Shown: positions 24,119 to 36,073 of the stretch, piece after piece
Layout of the letters: every line of letters begins with the position of its first letter
How positions within the stretch are numbered: position 1 is the stretch's first letter
DNA from: Octopus sinensis
Lineage: Eukaryota
Reading direction: 5' to 3'
NCBI RefSeq assembly: GCF_006345805.1
Contig: NW_021832222.1
Location: forward strand, 1 to 64,000
Length of the DNA: 64,000 nucleotides
Position numbers and translations under genes: made by a program
Notes under the pieces: model-generated
What the model was told of the DNA's origin: nothing
Database searches by the model: none
The model's input: only the letters and a program-made list of their open reading frames with translations

Positions 24119-25246
24119 AGAACATGTTTGAGACATATCAAAGAGAGGCACGTCACCACCTTAACCAATAAATTAATAATAGCATCAACAGGAGCAAACT
24201 ACTTATCGTGTTAAAGAACATTGTAGATGAAGACAGTCTACGCATGATACATATGCTATTATCGGAAACTCAACTTCTTGTCAGAATTGGCCCTAAGGAA
24301 TCTAGACTATTTCCTACAAATGTTGGAACCCCACAAGGAGACACACTATCGCCTATATTATTTATCGTCTATCTGGAGGCAGCTCTGAGAGATCTAAGAG
24401 TCGAAATTGGATGTGTGGACAACCAAGTTGTGGAACTCATATACGCGGATGATCTTGATTTATTACGGAGGATCGGAAATTAATAGAAATTATTATGGAG
24501 AAAGCAAGAACAATTTTCGATAAATGGTCACTCAAAGTCAATGAAGAGAAAACCGAAATAACCACTCGCATAGATGAAAAGTGGCGAAACGTCCGAAAAC
24601 TCGGATCTCTTCTTGGCGATTCCGAAGATATTACCAGACGAAAAATATTATCAACAATTGCACTTAAAAAACTTCAATCTATCTGGGTGAGAAAAAACCA
24701 AATTTCGACTAAGATGCGCCTACGATTATATGATGCATTTGTCCGACCTGTCCTCATGTACAACGCAGGTACTTGGGGAACATCAAAGAAAAACATGGAG
24801 CAACTTGACTTTTTCCACAGGGGTCAACTGAGAAAACTCCTCGGCTATTCGCGGCCGAAGAAAATATCAAATGATAAATTATACAGGTTAGCTAACTGTG
24901 GGCCTATAAGTCTAAATGTACTTGAAACCCGCTGGCGCCTGTTTGGACATATTTTACGAATGAAGAAAGAAACACTTGCAATATGGCCATGGAAGAATTT
25001 TTCGGCCATACTGAATACTCTAAATATAGAGGAAGTCTAAGAGACTGTCTTCCGGGAATACTTACGAAGGAATATGGTATGATCGGAGGGCGATTGATGG
25101 ATGCAGACGATCTGGACGAAATCGGAAAGAGGGCAAGACGACGGAAGGGATGGAAGGGACTAACGACAAGAAAAGTTAAAAACATGGCACAAGCGAAACC
25201 ATAAACTTTGTTTACTGGCAAGGCGAACGTGCATTAACTAACTAAC
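24119..25246 (+). mobile_element. 5'-truncated RTE-like LINE with (TAAC)3 tail and 9-10 bp TSD
   Basis: GTPQGDTLSPILF, YADDLD, RPVLMYNAGTW and RWRLFGHILR. Tail taactaactaac at 25235-25246. (C)TTAATGAAT occurs at 24109-24118 and 25246-25255. Confidence 0.9.
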
Positions 25247-25982
25247 TTAATGAATCAAGTATACACATCTCAGAGATATTTAATCCTTAGAGAAAATTTT
25301 TTTTCTTGGGTTCTAATATTTTATTGAGTACTTTTGTTTTTTCTTTGAATATAAATACAAGATTTAAAAAGTTATTTTTTAATATTTGCCTTTGGTTACA
25401 ATTTTTTTATCCTTTGTTAATATAATTTTAAAAATTGACTTATTTCTTAACAATAAAAATTTTCTTTTGCGGACTAATCACAATTTTGACATTAAATATG
25501 CCACATTTCAAGCACTAATGTATTATTCGAATTAGCTGAAATTATTATAAAGATCATTATTTTCGTCACCTCCAAAGGTGACAAATATGTTTAATAGGTA
25601 AAACTTTAGTAAAATCATTAAAATGTGTTTTGAATTAATATATTAATGCACTAATTACTCAGGTATAATCCATCTTCTGTGTGGTTAGAAACTATTGGAA
25701 AATGGTTAATAAACGCAATTGTATCTTTTAAAGGTGTAGTTTTTGATAAATGCAAAAACCATTCAGTATAATTAAAATTTAATTCAAAATATGTAAAATA
25801 CGACTATATTTGTTTTTTTTAATTTTAACCGGAGTGAACCTAGATTGTACCTAAATTGCATTTAAATTGTGGTCGACCGCAGTCGAGAATCCCCAAATAA
25901 AATTATATACTTCGCATTTTTCCTGATTTAATTTTAGCCGGTGTGTTTATCCGCCTTATTAATTCAGTCGAAAGCATTATAA

Positions 25983-27494
25983 ATGGTTTTTTCATTATCA
26001 AATCGTTTGTTTAACATCGATGTTTACTGCCTGGATGATAACAAATTATTTTTTCAAATGAAAGTAAGTTTGCATTTAAATGATTTCCTTTTATTGCTGC
26101 ATTTCCAAAACATGTCATTTATTAAAAAATGCATAGTTTTCCTACCACGTGACTGTCAATCAATTCATATTTTTATTAATTACGTTTATCATATTCTAGA
26201 CCAAGGCACTGGGAAGTGAACTTTTTGACTGCATTTGCGACATATTGGGACTCGAAGATAAAGATTACTTTGGTCTCCAGTTTTTTGACCGAAATGGAAT
26301 TTTGGTTAATAGGCTACTAATTAGTCTGTCTGATGTCTATTCACAAAATATAATAAATTATTCTTATTTCTAGGTGTGGCTTGACAACGAGAAAACTTTA
26401 AAAAAACAGATTTGTCATTTGAAAAACCGAAAGCTACTTTTTAGAGTTAAATTTTATATCCCGGATCCTTCTTCTTTGGAAAATGAATTTACAAGGTCTA
26501 TCTTAAGAATTCACTTTGAAGATATCTATTTGCCCTTCAAATAGCAATAGATTTAAAGGCTGGGTACATTACTGGCAGTGACGAGGAAGTGGCTTTGCTG
26601 CTTTCATATATTCTCCAAGGTTGGGTTTTACATTTCAGTGTTCGCAGCTGACTTTGGAGATTATTGTGATGATAATTTTGAGAAAATTGATTTCGGTTGT
26701 AGTCTCTCTTCTGTAAATGATCAAATTGTTGAGCAATGCCTTGAATTTTACAAAATGAACACGTAAGTTTGGATTACCTACCGGCAGAGGAATGACAAAG
26801 GCTGAGGCCGACACTCAACTGCTTATGGCTAGCAAAAAACTGCATTCCTATGGCAAAAGATTTTATTCTTGTGAGGTTTTGAAGTTTTTTTTGATTTTTT
26901 AAAGAATTGTCCACCGACAAATAATCCACTTTGTATTTGTACCAGTTTTGCGGGGATCGCAGTTTACGAGGATGATGTTCAACTAGTGGCCTATGAGTGG
27001 AAGTGTATTGACTCGGTAATCTTCAAAGGAAGGAGATTAGTGATTCTTTATCGTTTTTCTGACACTGATCAAGTGGTTGTCCAATTTCAATAGTGGCTAA
27101 AATAGACCAATCGAGTTGATTATTTGTTTGAAGATGTCAATAAATGTCGAGCATATTGGAAAATTGTGTGGGAAAATTTGTCTTTTTTTAAAGATATTGT
27201 ACAAAAGAAGAATAGAAGGGTCGGTCGATCTGGGATTCTTAAGAGAGGATCCCGTTTCCGATACACAGGCAGGACCTTTTCTGACATGGCTCGAATTGAC
27301 CAGTCTTTCTCAAAAAATAATTTTAAAAGGTCTTTTTGTATTTGCTTTAGTCGCACAGATCACATCCCAACAGAATCTGTATGTACGAGGCTTCTCAGAT
27401 AGCAGTGGAAAGTAAAGATGAACAGGCTTCTGAGATGTCAAATTGTCAACCAAAAGTCATTGATGATTGTCAATTTCTGTCAGGCTCTTACTAA
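25983..27494 (+). CDS. FERM + FERM-adjacent-only paralog of FARP, apparently intact
   Basis: GLEDKDYFGLQF, WLDNEK, FRVKFYIPDP and KRGSRFRYTGRT. Same intron positions as the gene at 36074. The last exon reads open to TAA 27492-27494. No RhoGEF or PH exons follow. Confidence 0.75.
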
Positions 27495-28090
27495 TCGATT
27501 ATTTCTCTGCAGTTGATGTTATATAAATTTAACCGTGATTCTCTCTAGTGTCTTAAATTTGAGACTGCCTTTCGAGTTAGAAACTCGACTTTTTATGTTG
27601 CGGAAAAATATTGAAATTAAAAAAATCTCGATTAGCTATGTCGTTTTATAAGTAATTTCTGAAAAAAGTATATTTTCAATCAACCGAAATACAAAGATTC
27701 GATATGACTTTTTAATGTCTAAAGAGTCATAAATGGAAGGAGATTCGAATTTTTGTGGCAGTTCGAATTTTCGTGGTTCATTTCAAAGATATCACCAAAT
27801 TTGATATAGCCAGTTTTGAGAAAATCTCTCACAATATTTTTAAAGTGCTTCTTCTTAGGGTCAAACTACTAAGTAAAGTCAACAAACTAATAAATTCTCC
27901 CAGCGAGACGGAGGGAACAGCTGTTGCCACGCATGACAGCCAGCAGGATCCTCTGAATGAGGAAAGTAAATTCCCTAGGGTCCTTGGACCGCGAAGAACA
28001 AAGATGTCCCAATTTCTTTAGGGAAGTGAGGGTCCCGGAGCCAAAGACGCCGGAAGTCACAATTGTTTTTATATTTGTTCTAGTTAAATT

Positions 28091-28174
28091 TTTTTTTGTT
28101 TAATTTTATTTAATAATTATCAAAATTAATGTTGATTAATTAAGCGGACGGGAAGCCGACGCGATCGAGAAAGA
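28091..28174 (-). mobile_element. 84-bp, extremely 5'-truncated retro-insertion (probable CRE-like 3' end) with poly(A) and 14-bp TSD
   Basis: GTTCTAGTTAAATT at 28077-28090 and 28175-28188. T-run at 28089-28097 is the minus-strand A tail. The minus strand reads ...FSIASASRPLN*, similar to the CRE-like end ...HSILSSAAN* near 31965-31990. Confidence 0.65.
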
Positions 28175-28217
28175 GTTCTAGTTAAATTAAAACTTATTCT
28201 GATATGCTAAAATTTCA

Positions 28218-31200
28218 CGTTAATATTTTAGTTGTTGTGTGGTGTGTGCATTACGTTTCCAAGCAGTTAAGGAAAACGAAACCTACGGGCCTTCCTGCAA
28301 ATAAAAAGAACTTAAAAAAGACAGGACCGTCGCCTATGGGACCTCACAATGCCACAAGAGCTAATGGTGTTAAAGAAGATCTTGTTGGTGATGCTGCCAA
28401 ACTAACTTGCATTCTCTTTCTGCGATCATCGGAAATGTCAATGGTGTCTCTGAAGGCGAATGGGTGTCTCAGATTGCCCTTGCCGCGAAGCAAAGACTTG
28501 GAAGGATGCCAAGAGGTGGTTGGAACCTTGTCCTGGAGAAGTTCAATGAGAAGTACTCGGCAAAGTGCTCCAGTTTATGCCAACTAAAGAGCATGGCTAG
28601 ACGGAATAACAATGTGCAAGGGAGATGCGACTCTTCCAGAGTGCAAGATGATGTGGACGTAGAAATTTCCAGTTTTAGAAATTGCCTAGAGGAACTCAAA
28701 TTCCAAATTGGGAAAGTTCAGTCTATTCAGAGAGACTCTCGAAAGCCACTCCAAAGGTGCAGCGAAGGATGGTAAAAACTGATATCCTGGCTGGATTAAA
28801 TTCTGCAATTTATCATATTACAAAAGATGATCCGCCCCAAGATATTAATCAAATTACCGATATTCTATATGCTGCACAGTGTGCTTATTTGGCCTTAACT
28901 ACGAGAGCCAGACCACAGAGCACATGGTTGGAAAACACGGAAAGAAAAATCTCTAAATTAGCAGATGAAATTGACACAGTTCGTTCCTTCTCCAACAAAC
29001 CTTGCCTCAGGCAGAAAAGCAAAAGGCAATGGATGTTCTCTGCCGCTACGGATATAAGAAGTCTAGGAAGGGGAGCTAACCAGAATTGAGACTCTATTGA
29101 ATGATCTAATTAGAATCAAAAAGAAACAGATATCTATCCATTCCTCGAGGAAAAATTTCCGGAAAGACAATGCGTGTTTTGAATTAAACCGCAGAAGATT
29201 TTATCGAAACTTATCTTCGAGCAACGAAGCCACCCTGTATGGGTTTGGTGATGGTGAGTGCTTCATTTTGGGAAGATGTCTGGAGCAAGAAAAATATGGG
29301 GCCCGTAGTTTATGATTTTGTGGGTGTGAGGTGTACTGGCGGTGAAACCATGCGACCTCAATTCACAAGTGATTTTATTATGGATATGCTCAAATATGCA
29401 CCTGACTGGAAGGCATGCGGATGCGACGGAACGTATAACTTTTTCTTAAAGAAGATGGATTCTTTGCATGGGTTTCTGTGTAAAGAGATAGTCCGAATAA
29501 TTAATGGAGAGTACACCCCCGATAGCTGGTTTTACACTGGCGTAACTTACTTGATCCCTAAAAAAAAGTGAGTGTGTGAGACCCCGAAGGACTTACGCCC
29601 TATAACGTGTATGCCAACTTTGTATAAACTTGTCACCAAATGTGTTAATGCCAAACTGGCCGATTTCATCGAGGCATTTGGCTTAATCTCAGATAATCAG
29701 CTTGGGACGAGGAAGCAATGTCAAGGTGCCAAAGAGCAAGCCCTCATTAACCAATGCTTAAATAAGGAGTATGGAAATGGCCTCTATTCTGCTTGGGTCG
29801 ATGTGAAGAGGCATTTGACTCAGTTGATCACGAGTTCTTGTTCCACGTATTGGATTGCTCTGGAATACCACATTGGATTGTCAGCTTTGTAAAGAACATA
29901 GTCAAGAAGTGGACAGTAAACTTACATATCGATGGGAAAAGAATTGGGAAAGTAAAGTTAAGCCGGGGAATACTCCAAGGAGATTCATTGTCCCCGCTGC
30001 TATTCGTTATGGCGATGGATCCCCTAAGCAGGATGCTTAACTCCATGTTTCCCAAACTCGAAATTAGTCGGGAAGATCCCAATATGTTGACATACTCCAC
30101 CAATCATTTCTTCTTTATTGACGATCTGAAAATAGTTGCCCTCAAAGAAGATGTGTTAGTCAAAATGATGGAGGCTGTTAATGGATTTTTTGAAAGTGTC
30201 GGCCTAGAGATGAATTCCGAAAAATCAGCATCTAATGTGGAATCTTTATCATGCTGTGAGACTGTCGATGGAATCAACGGATATCGCTACTTGGGTGTAC
30301 TTGAAGATGGCGGAAGTAATGTTCTCAAGAATAAAGTTATGGACTCCATATTGGAGAATGTCAAGAAGAGGATAACTATGTTGTCAAAAACAAACCTGAA
30401 TGCTGTAAATTTGTTTCGTGGAATCAATGAATATGCATTATCCCTATATAATTATTATATTGGGCTAATCAATATCGAACCTTACGATTTGATGAGATTG
30501 ACCAACAAATACGCCGATTACTTACGACTCTCAAGTTACACCTCCAGCCTGCAAATAAGGAGAGGTTGTATTTGGACCGCAAGACCCTTGGAAGAGGACT
30601 TGCCTCAATTTCTTTCAAAAGCGAATTAATGCTCTTCCAGTTTCTTAAAAGTTTGAAAAAACAGTCGACTAACTGTCTGCGAAGGTCGGGTATTCTGCGA
30701 GTAATAAAAAAAAAAAAATGGCATTTAGCCACAATCGCAGAATTTCTTGCTTCCAAATATGCAGCTGTCGGCGGGTAAAATCTGACCATTGAGTTACTGA
30801 AGGACGCACAAAGAAAACTCTTGCTTAACCGAATCAACTGTAAATCACTACACTCGGTGATGTTCAAATGTATGGAGGAATCAGATGTCGACATATCTAC
30901 TTCTTCGCAATGGCTATCGAAAGGGAACAATGGTCCACGAAGCGAAGCATTGTACTGTCTTTTGCAAGATAGGAATTTGTTCTTTGCATACACGGGATCA
31001 CTATGCGTCCACTGCAAAAAAAGCAGGCAGACTGTTGACCATCTAGCCACGCGGTGTGGTAGGATGCTAAACAGTGATTATCTCCGAAGACAAACGAAGT
31101 GGTAAAGTGTATTCATCTCCACTTGTGTCGAATGTATGGAATAAAACGAAGCAGGAAATTGAAAGGACATTCAGTCGTGTCAACAATGTCGACCCAAAAT

Positions 31201-31806
31201 GTCGAAATCAGAGTTGACACTTCAATTATGACTGAAACAAAGGTTCAATTCAATAAACCTGATATCTTCGTTTATGACAAGAGGAAAAGAGAAATTCATT
31301 TAATCGAAGTGGGAGTTACCTCGCAAGACCGTTTAAAGCAAGTTGAAGTGGAGAAATTTCACAAATATGACCTGCTTGCAAACGAACTGTCGGTTCTCTA
31401 TGAAGCAAAAGTGAAGATTATTCCAATTGTCTTGACATGGGATGGAGTTGTCTCAAAGTTCTTAAAAAGTCATATGGACAAATTATCCATTGAAGAAGGA
31501 ACGAGGACATACATCCAGTCGGTTGTGCTGAAGAGGACTCTAGAGAGTATGCTTATTGAACACAGACATGGGATGAAGGTAGACAACGAGGAGTACGCCT
31601 CTGCCGCCAATCAACTTGCGGAGCTGGCATGTCGTGAGGACACTCAGTTGAACAATTACTTTGACGCAGAAATGGAAAATGATGAGAATTTTGTTGCAAA
31701 CTCTTCTTCCAAGCGAAGAAGAGAAATCACTGACGATCTGGATTCTTAAATAATTTAAGATAGAATTTACATAATTAATTTTTATTAAAAACATTGGTGT
31801 TTTAAA
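28218..31806 (+). mobile_element. Near-full-length R4/Dong-like non-LTR retrotransposon (RT + CCHC + restriction-like endonuclease)
   Basis: RPITCMPTLYK, AFDSVDH, RGILQGDSLSPLLF, FFIDDLK, CVHC...VDHLATRC, KPDIFVYD...IEVG and KFHKYD. Flanked by ATGCTAAAATTTCA at 28204-28217 and 31807-31820 (14-bp TSD). The ORF is broken by several frameshifts. Confidence 0.9.
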
Positions 31807-31926
31807 ATGCTAAAATTTCATATTTATGGAGCTTTCCTAAATGACTTAATTTAGTCTTTTTTTGAATTTCAGGTTTTGAAAAAATTACAAATTTGTTATG
31901 AATAATAAAAATTTTGAATAATTTAG

Positions 31927-32325
31927 TTTTTTAATGGAAATCAAAAAGTGCTAATAAATATTTAATTAGCAGCAGAGGATAAGATGGAATGGCAATTCCC
32001 ACGCAAGATGGCTATTGATATGCGTTAGAAAAGCCATATCCGTTCCCAATGATCGTTTCTCCTTATGCTTGCCAGGTCCCCCAGTTTAATAAGGAATTTT
32101 TTAGTTCTGGGACCGAGGACTTTCGACGTCTCCACTGTGATCGGTGCAAAGATATGACGGTGCGATAATGCACTGTATTTCTTGACTTTCAATGTTTCTG
32201 CCAGGTTAGCTGCGGTGTTTGGCTCTGCGGCTGACGTAAAGATGTTTCCGGTGGAAAAGGTGTCAGTGCAAATTGCGTCCCAGATGAGCGACTTGCCATT
32301 TTCGAAAGGGGAAAAGATATCATAT
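31927..32325 (-). mobile_element. 3' fragment of a CRE-like non-LTR element (RLE domain)
   Basis: Minus strand reads PFENGKSLIWDAICTDTF...KVKKYSAL...FAPITVETS...RISIAILRGNCHSILSSAAN*, with internal stops. Confidence 0.75.
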
Positions 32326-32395
32326 TTGATATATTTTGATTGGGTTTATCAAATTAGTTATCACTAAGTTGGTTGCAAAATTAAAAGATTATAGT

Positions 32396-33330
32396 TTATT
32401 TTTTAGTATGAAAATCAAAGTTTGATGTAGAATGGCGCAAATATCGACAATGTTTTAGTAACTGAAAATCTTCTGGACTAAATGATCTTAGTCGACTTAA
32501 GTTGCTATTATTTTTAAACATTCCTTTTTTTGAAGTAGAAATGTCTGGCATAGTAAATGGAGGTGGGGCCAATAGTATTTCTTCTTTCGATCTCGGCTCA
32601 GGAGGAACAGATAACGAATATTGTTTAAATCGAGAAACAGGGTCTTTTTTCTCGTCTTCACACTGAAACATTGAATATTATAAAAATTCCTTATTATCAG
32701 AAAACAGTTCGACCGATCGACGAATAGCATCAGTCAGTTCGCTTCTGGTCTTGTCCAAAACATGTTTGTCTCTGTTAACTTCTTCTATTGGTGGCATATT
32801 GTCTACACATATTCTGATTAAAAAAATACAACACAGTTTTTCTTAATGAAATAATTAGATCTTAGTCTTGAGACCACCTGAAGTTTGTTTTTAAAGCTTT
32901 AAAAATGAAAAAATTACATTCACCTTTTATTGTGAAAATTCGTTGCGATAAAGAGTGTTTTAAACTTTAACTGATGACGACATTCAAATTGCGTTATTGT
33001 TTTTAATTGAGATATTTTAAAATGTACTGTACTCCAATTATTAAGGAGGCATAATAAAATGACCAAGTATTTGTATTTTTGCCATATAGATATGAGTTGC
33101 GACTATTCAGATTGGGTAGATTTTATTTAGTATTTGAAACACGAGGTATACAGGATAATTCATTTTTTGTTTGATAATATAAAAGTTAGTTGTCAATAAG
33201 TACTAGATAAGTTATTCAAACAATCTGGTTGTACTCCAGACAGTCAATTGTCCTTAGAAGAATTCTGGAAAGTCGCCAAAGTTGGTTGATCCAATGGCTT
33301 TTTGAAATTTAGTCTTGACAGCGCCATTCC
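32396..33330 (-). CDS. Uncharacterised multi-exon protein ending in a CRYLR-type motif; 5' end uncertain
   Basis: The last exon encodes ...PPPFTMPD...FQLLKHCRYLRHS...*. GT-AG-flanked upstream exons lie at 32700-33000. The start was not resolved. Confidence 0.4.
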
Positions 33331-34020
33331 GGGTTTATTTTAAAGGTCAAAAAAGAAATTTGTAAAATGGAGTATTTTGAGTGTCACCCTTTAATACTCT
33401 AAAAGGCTGAGTTTTAAATAAAATATTTTTTATTTTCATAATGGTGCTAAACTTTAGGATAAATGGAATTAAAATTTCCATAAAAACGAACTCAAAAATA
33501 TATTTTTAGTAAATAGATTTCGGATGTTTACTTCTAACAGCCAGATTAGTTGACTTTCTAATTGTCTTAGCATTATCATATTTTAAGGCATACAGGTTAG
33601 CGAAATAAAATGCCTAGCAATCCAAAATTCAGAATCAAATACTTATTTATATTCGATAATGCCTAACAAGTATAAATGATCAATCAAACTTAAAAGTTTA
33701 AACACTAGTTTCATAAATTATAATTTCTTATCATAAAATTTTGATTTGGGCGTGGTTTTGATGAGTTTTGATTTTTTAATGCACCTGATGTTTTTAAAAT
33801 AAAATTAAAACTAACTTAACCTGATTTAAAACTGTTTCCTTAGTTATATTGAACTATTGGATTAATCTTCTTAACAAACTTAAAGGAAAACTACAATTGC
33901 GATTAATTGTACACCCAATCGAATAAATAATGTTTGCTTACTTCCTGCAAATGACGTTTATATAAAAAGAAATACTAATTTCATATCAATGTCATTTCAA
34001 AACAATTTATTTGATTAATA

Positions 34021-35577
34021 CAGTATAACCTCCATTTGGGGCATCAATTTTGAAAAATTGCCCCAAAAATAGAGGTTTCCCCAAAAATGGAGGTCTGAAA
34101 TTTTCTTTATTTTTATAAAAATTTTAATAGTTTTAGCATATTTTTCATTAATTTATAAATAAATAAAGTATTTTTAAGAACATTTAAACATGTTTTCCAC
34201 TAATTTTATTGATAATTAGAGTATTTTTCAAGTAGAAAAAAATTTTTATTCTATTATACACGAAAATAATCTGTTATTTTGTTTCCTGTTGCAGATTTCT
34301 TCATATGTATGCCCAATATTTTTCTGAAATTGTAATAGTCTTTTAACGCATCGGGAAACAAACGGTGAATATTCTCTTCAAGGTTATTCATTGCTGTTAT
34401 CGTGTCCAAGTGTGAACAGTTGCATTCAGTTTGGTCATATATTGACTCATCATTATTTTCTTCTTCATTTTCAGCAATTACGTCTGCAATTATCGTGTCC
34501 AAATTTTCTTTCTCACTGTTAACTAAAAAATTTGAACTAGGAATCTGTTGCCGATAGTTATTAATTGTTTCCCAACAATTCGTTATTGTTTCAGGATTTA
34601 AATTTTGCCATGTTTTTCCAACAATTATTATGACATGACGAAGATTTATTTTTTTAAATTAACAATTTGTAACTCAACGTCCTCAAAATAAAGAGTAAAA
34701 TCCAATAAAGCGTTAAGATAATTGGACTTGAAAGATTTAATAATACCCATGTCTAACGGTTGAATTAATGAGGTTGTATTTTTGGGAGAAAAAACAATTC
34801 AATGTTGGAAAGATGGATATATTTGTGACAGCTTGGGTTATCAAGTAACAAAACAATTTTTCTCTTTTGCGTAATCATTTGTTCATTTGTAATGGTGAGC
34901 CATGTAATAAATATTTCTGATGTCATCCAACTGTTTTTAGATGATGAATATGAAACTCCATGTTCTTCAGGGTTAAAGTTTTTCATACAACGTGGGGATT
35001 TATATTTTCCTACTAACATGGCTTGACCGGACACAGGAATAAATTCTTCCCTTGTCTTGGTGAAAGCCTCAAAAACAATTTTATCCAATTTTTGGGATAA
35101 AGTATGAGGAGAGCGTTGAATATTTCTGGGAAAATCTGTTTGAACAGCCCCAGTATTAAAAAAATTGAGATAATTTTTTTAATACGTGACACAGCGCCTA
35201 AAAACTTACATTAATAAAAAACCTTTACTAATTTTGTACTTATCTACAATATCTCGTTCAGTAAGATGTTTATTTTCACTTAATTCCTTGGCAATTTTGA
35301 TCTTTAACTCAAGACTAAGCTTACGAGCCATAACAACAAGAATACAAAAATTACACGAGGCTTCCAAATGAAATTTTATATAATTAATTTTAATTTTAAT
35401 AGCAAATATGTATATAAATTAAAAATCCTGTGCCCCACTTAGAGGTTCCGGTAATTTCTAAATTTGGAAATTACCGCATAAAAATTATATCCTTTTCAAA
35501 CTACCCCAAAAATAGAGGTTTCCCCAAAAATAGAGGTTCCCCAAGCCAGAGGTCTGCCCCAAATGGAGGTTATACTG
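34021..35577 (-). mobile_element. pogo/Tigger DNA transposon, internally deleted, with perfect 23-bp TIRs and TA TSD
   Basis: CAGTATAACCTCCATTTGGGGCA at both ends, with TA on each side. DDE_1 remnants: SWMTSEIF, LLLDNPSCH, FFLPK, QPLDMGII. Subterminal CCCCAAAAATAGAGG repeats. Confidence 0.92.
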
Positions 35578-36073
35578 TAGTGGGTTAATTAATTGAGTTT
35601 TATTTTACAATTTGGAATACTTGGTTGAACACGTTTGCTGTAAAATTTCGATAATTTTAAAAATAAATTGAAATTTTATTTGCAATTAAAATCTCCTCGT
35701 TTTAATGTTTTATATAATTTATTAATCAATAAACAGCTGGCATTAATAAAACATCGAAATACTTTTAAAAATCGTGTTTCTTTTTTCGGTAGTATATTTT
35801 TGAGATAATCAAATTGTTTTTATTTTCATTTATTTAAACTTTACAAAACAAGTTTAATAATTTTTATTGAGTTTTTGAATCCAAGTCAATTTAATTAAAC
35901 GCGTATAGAAATATGAATGCATATTATTAAATTAATATATATAAGTATTAAATTTTATATTATTAATATTATCAGTATTTAATAAGCATTAAAATTATAT
36001 ACTTCGCATTTTTCCTGGTTGGAATTTAGCCGGTTTATTATCACTATTATTAAATTAGTATAGAGCAAAATAA

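Noticed and set aside
28400-31110. Frameshifts in the R4-like ORF as programmed recoding
   Set aside because: They are numerous and scattered, some near homopolymer runs. Decay or sequencing error is more likely.
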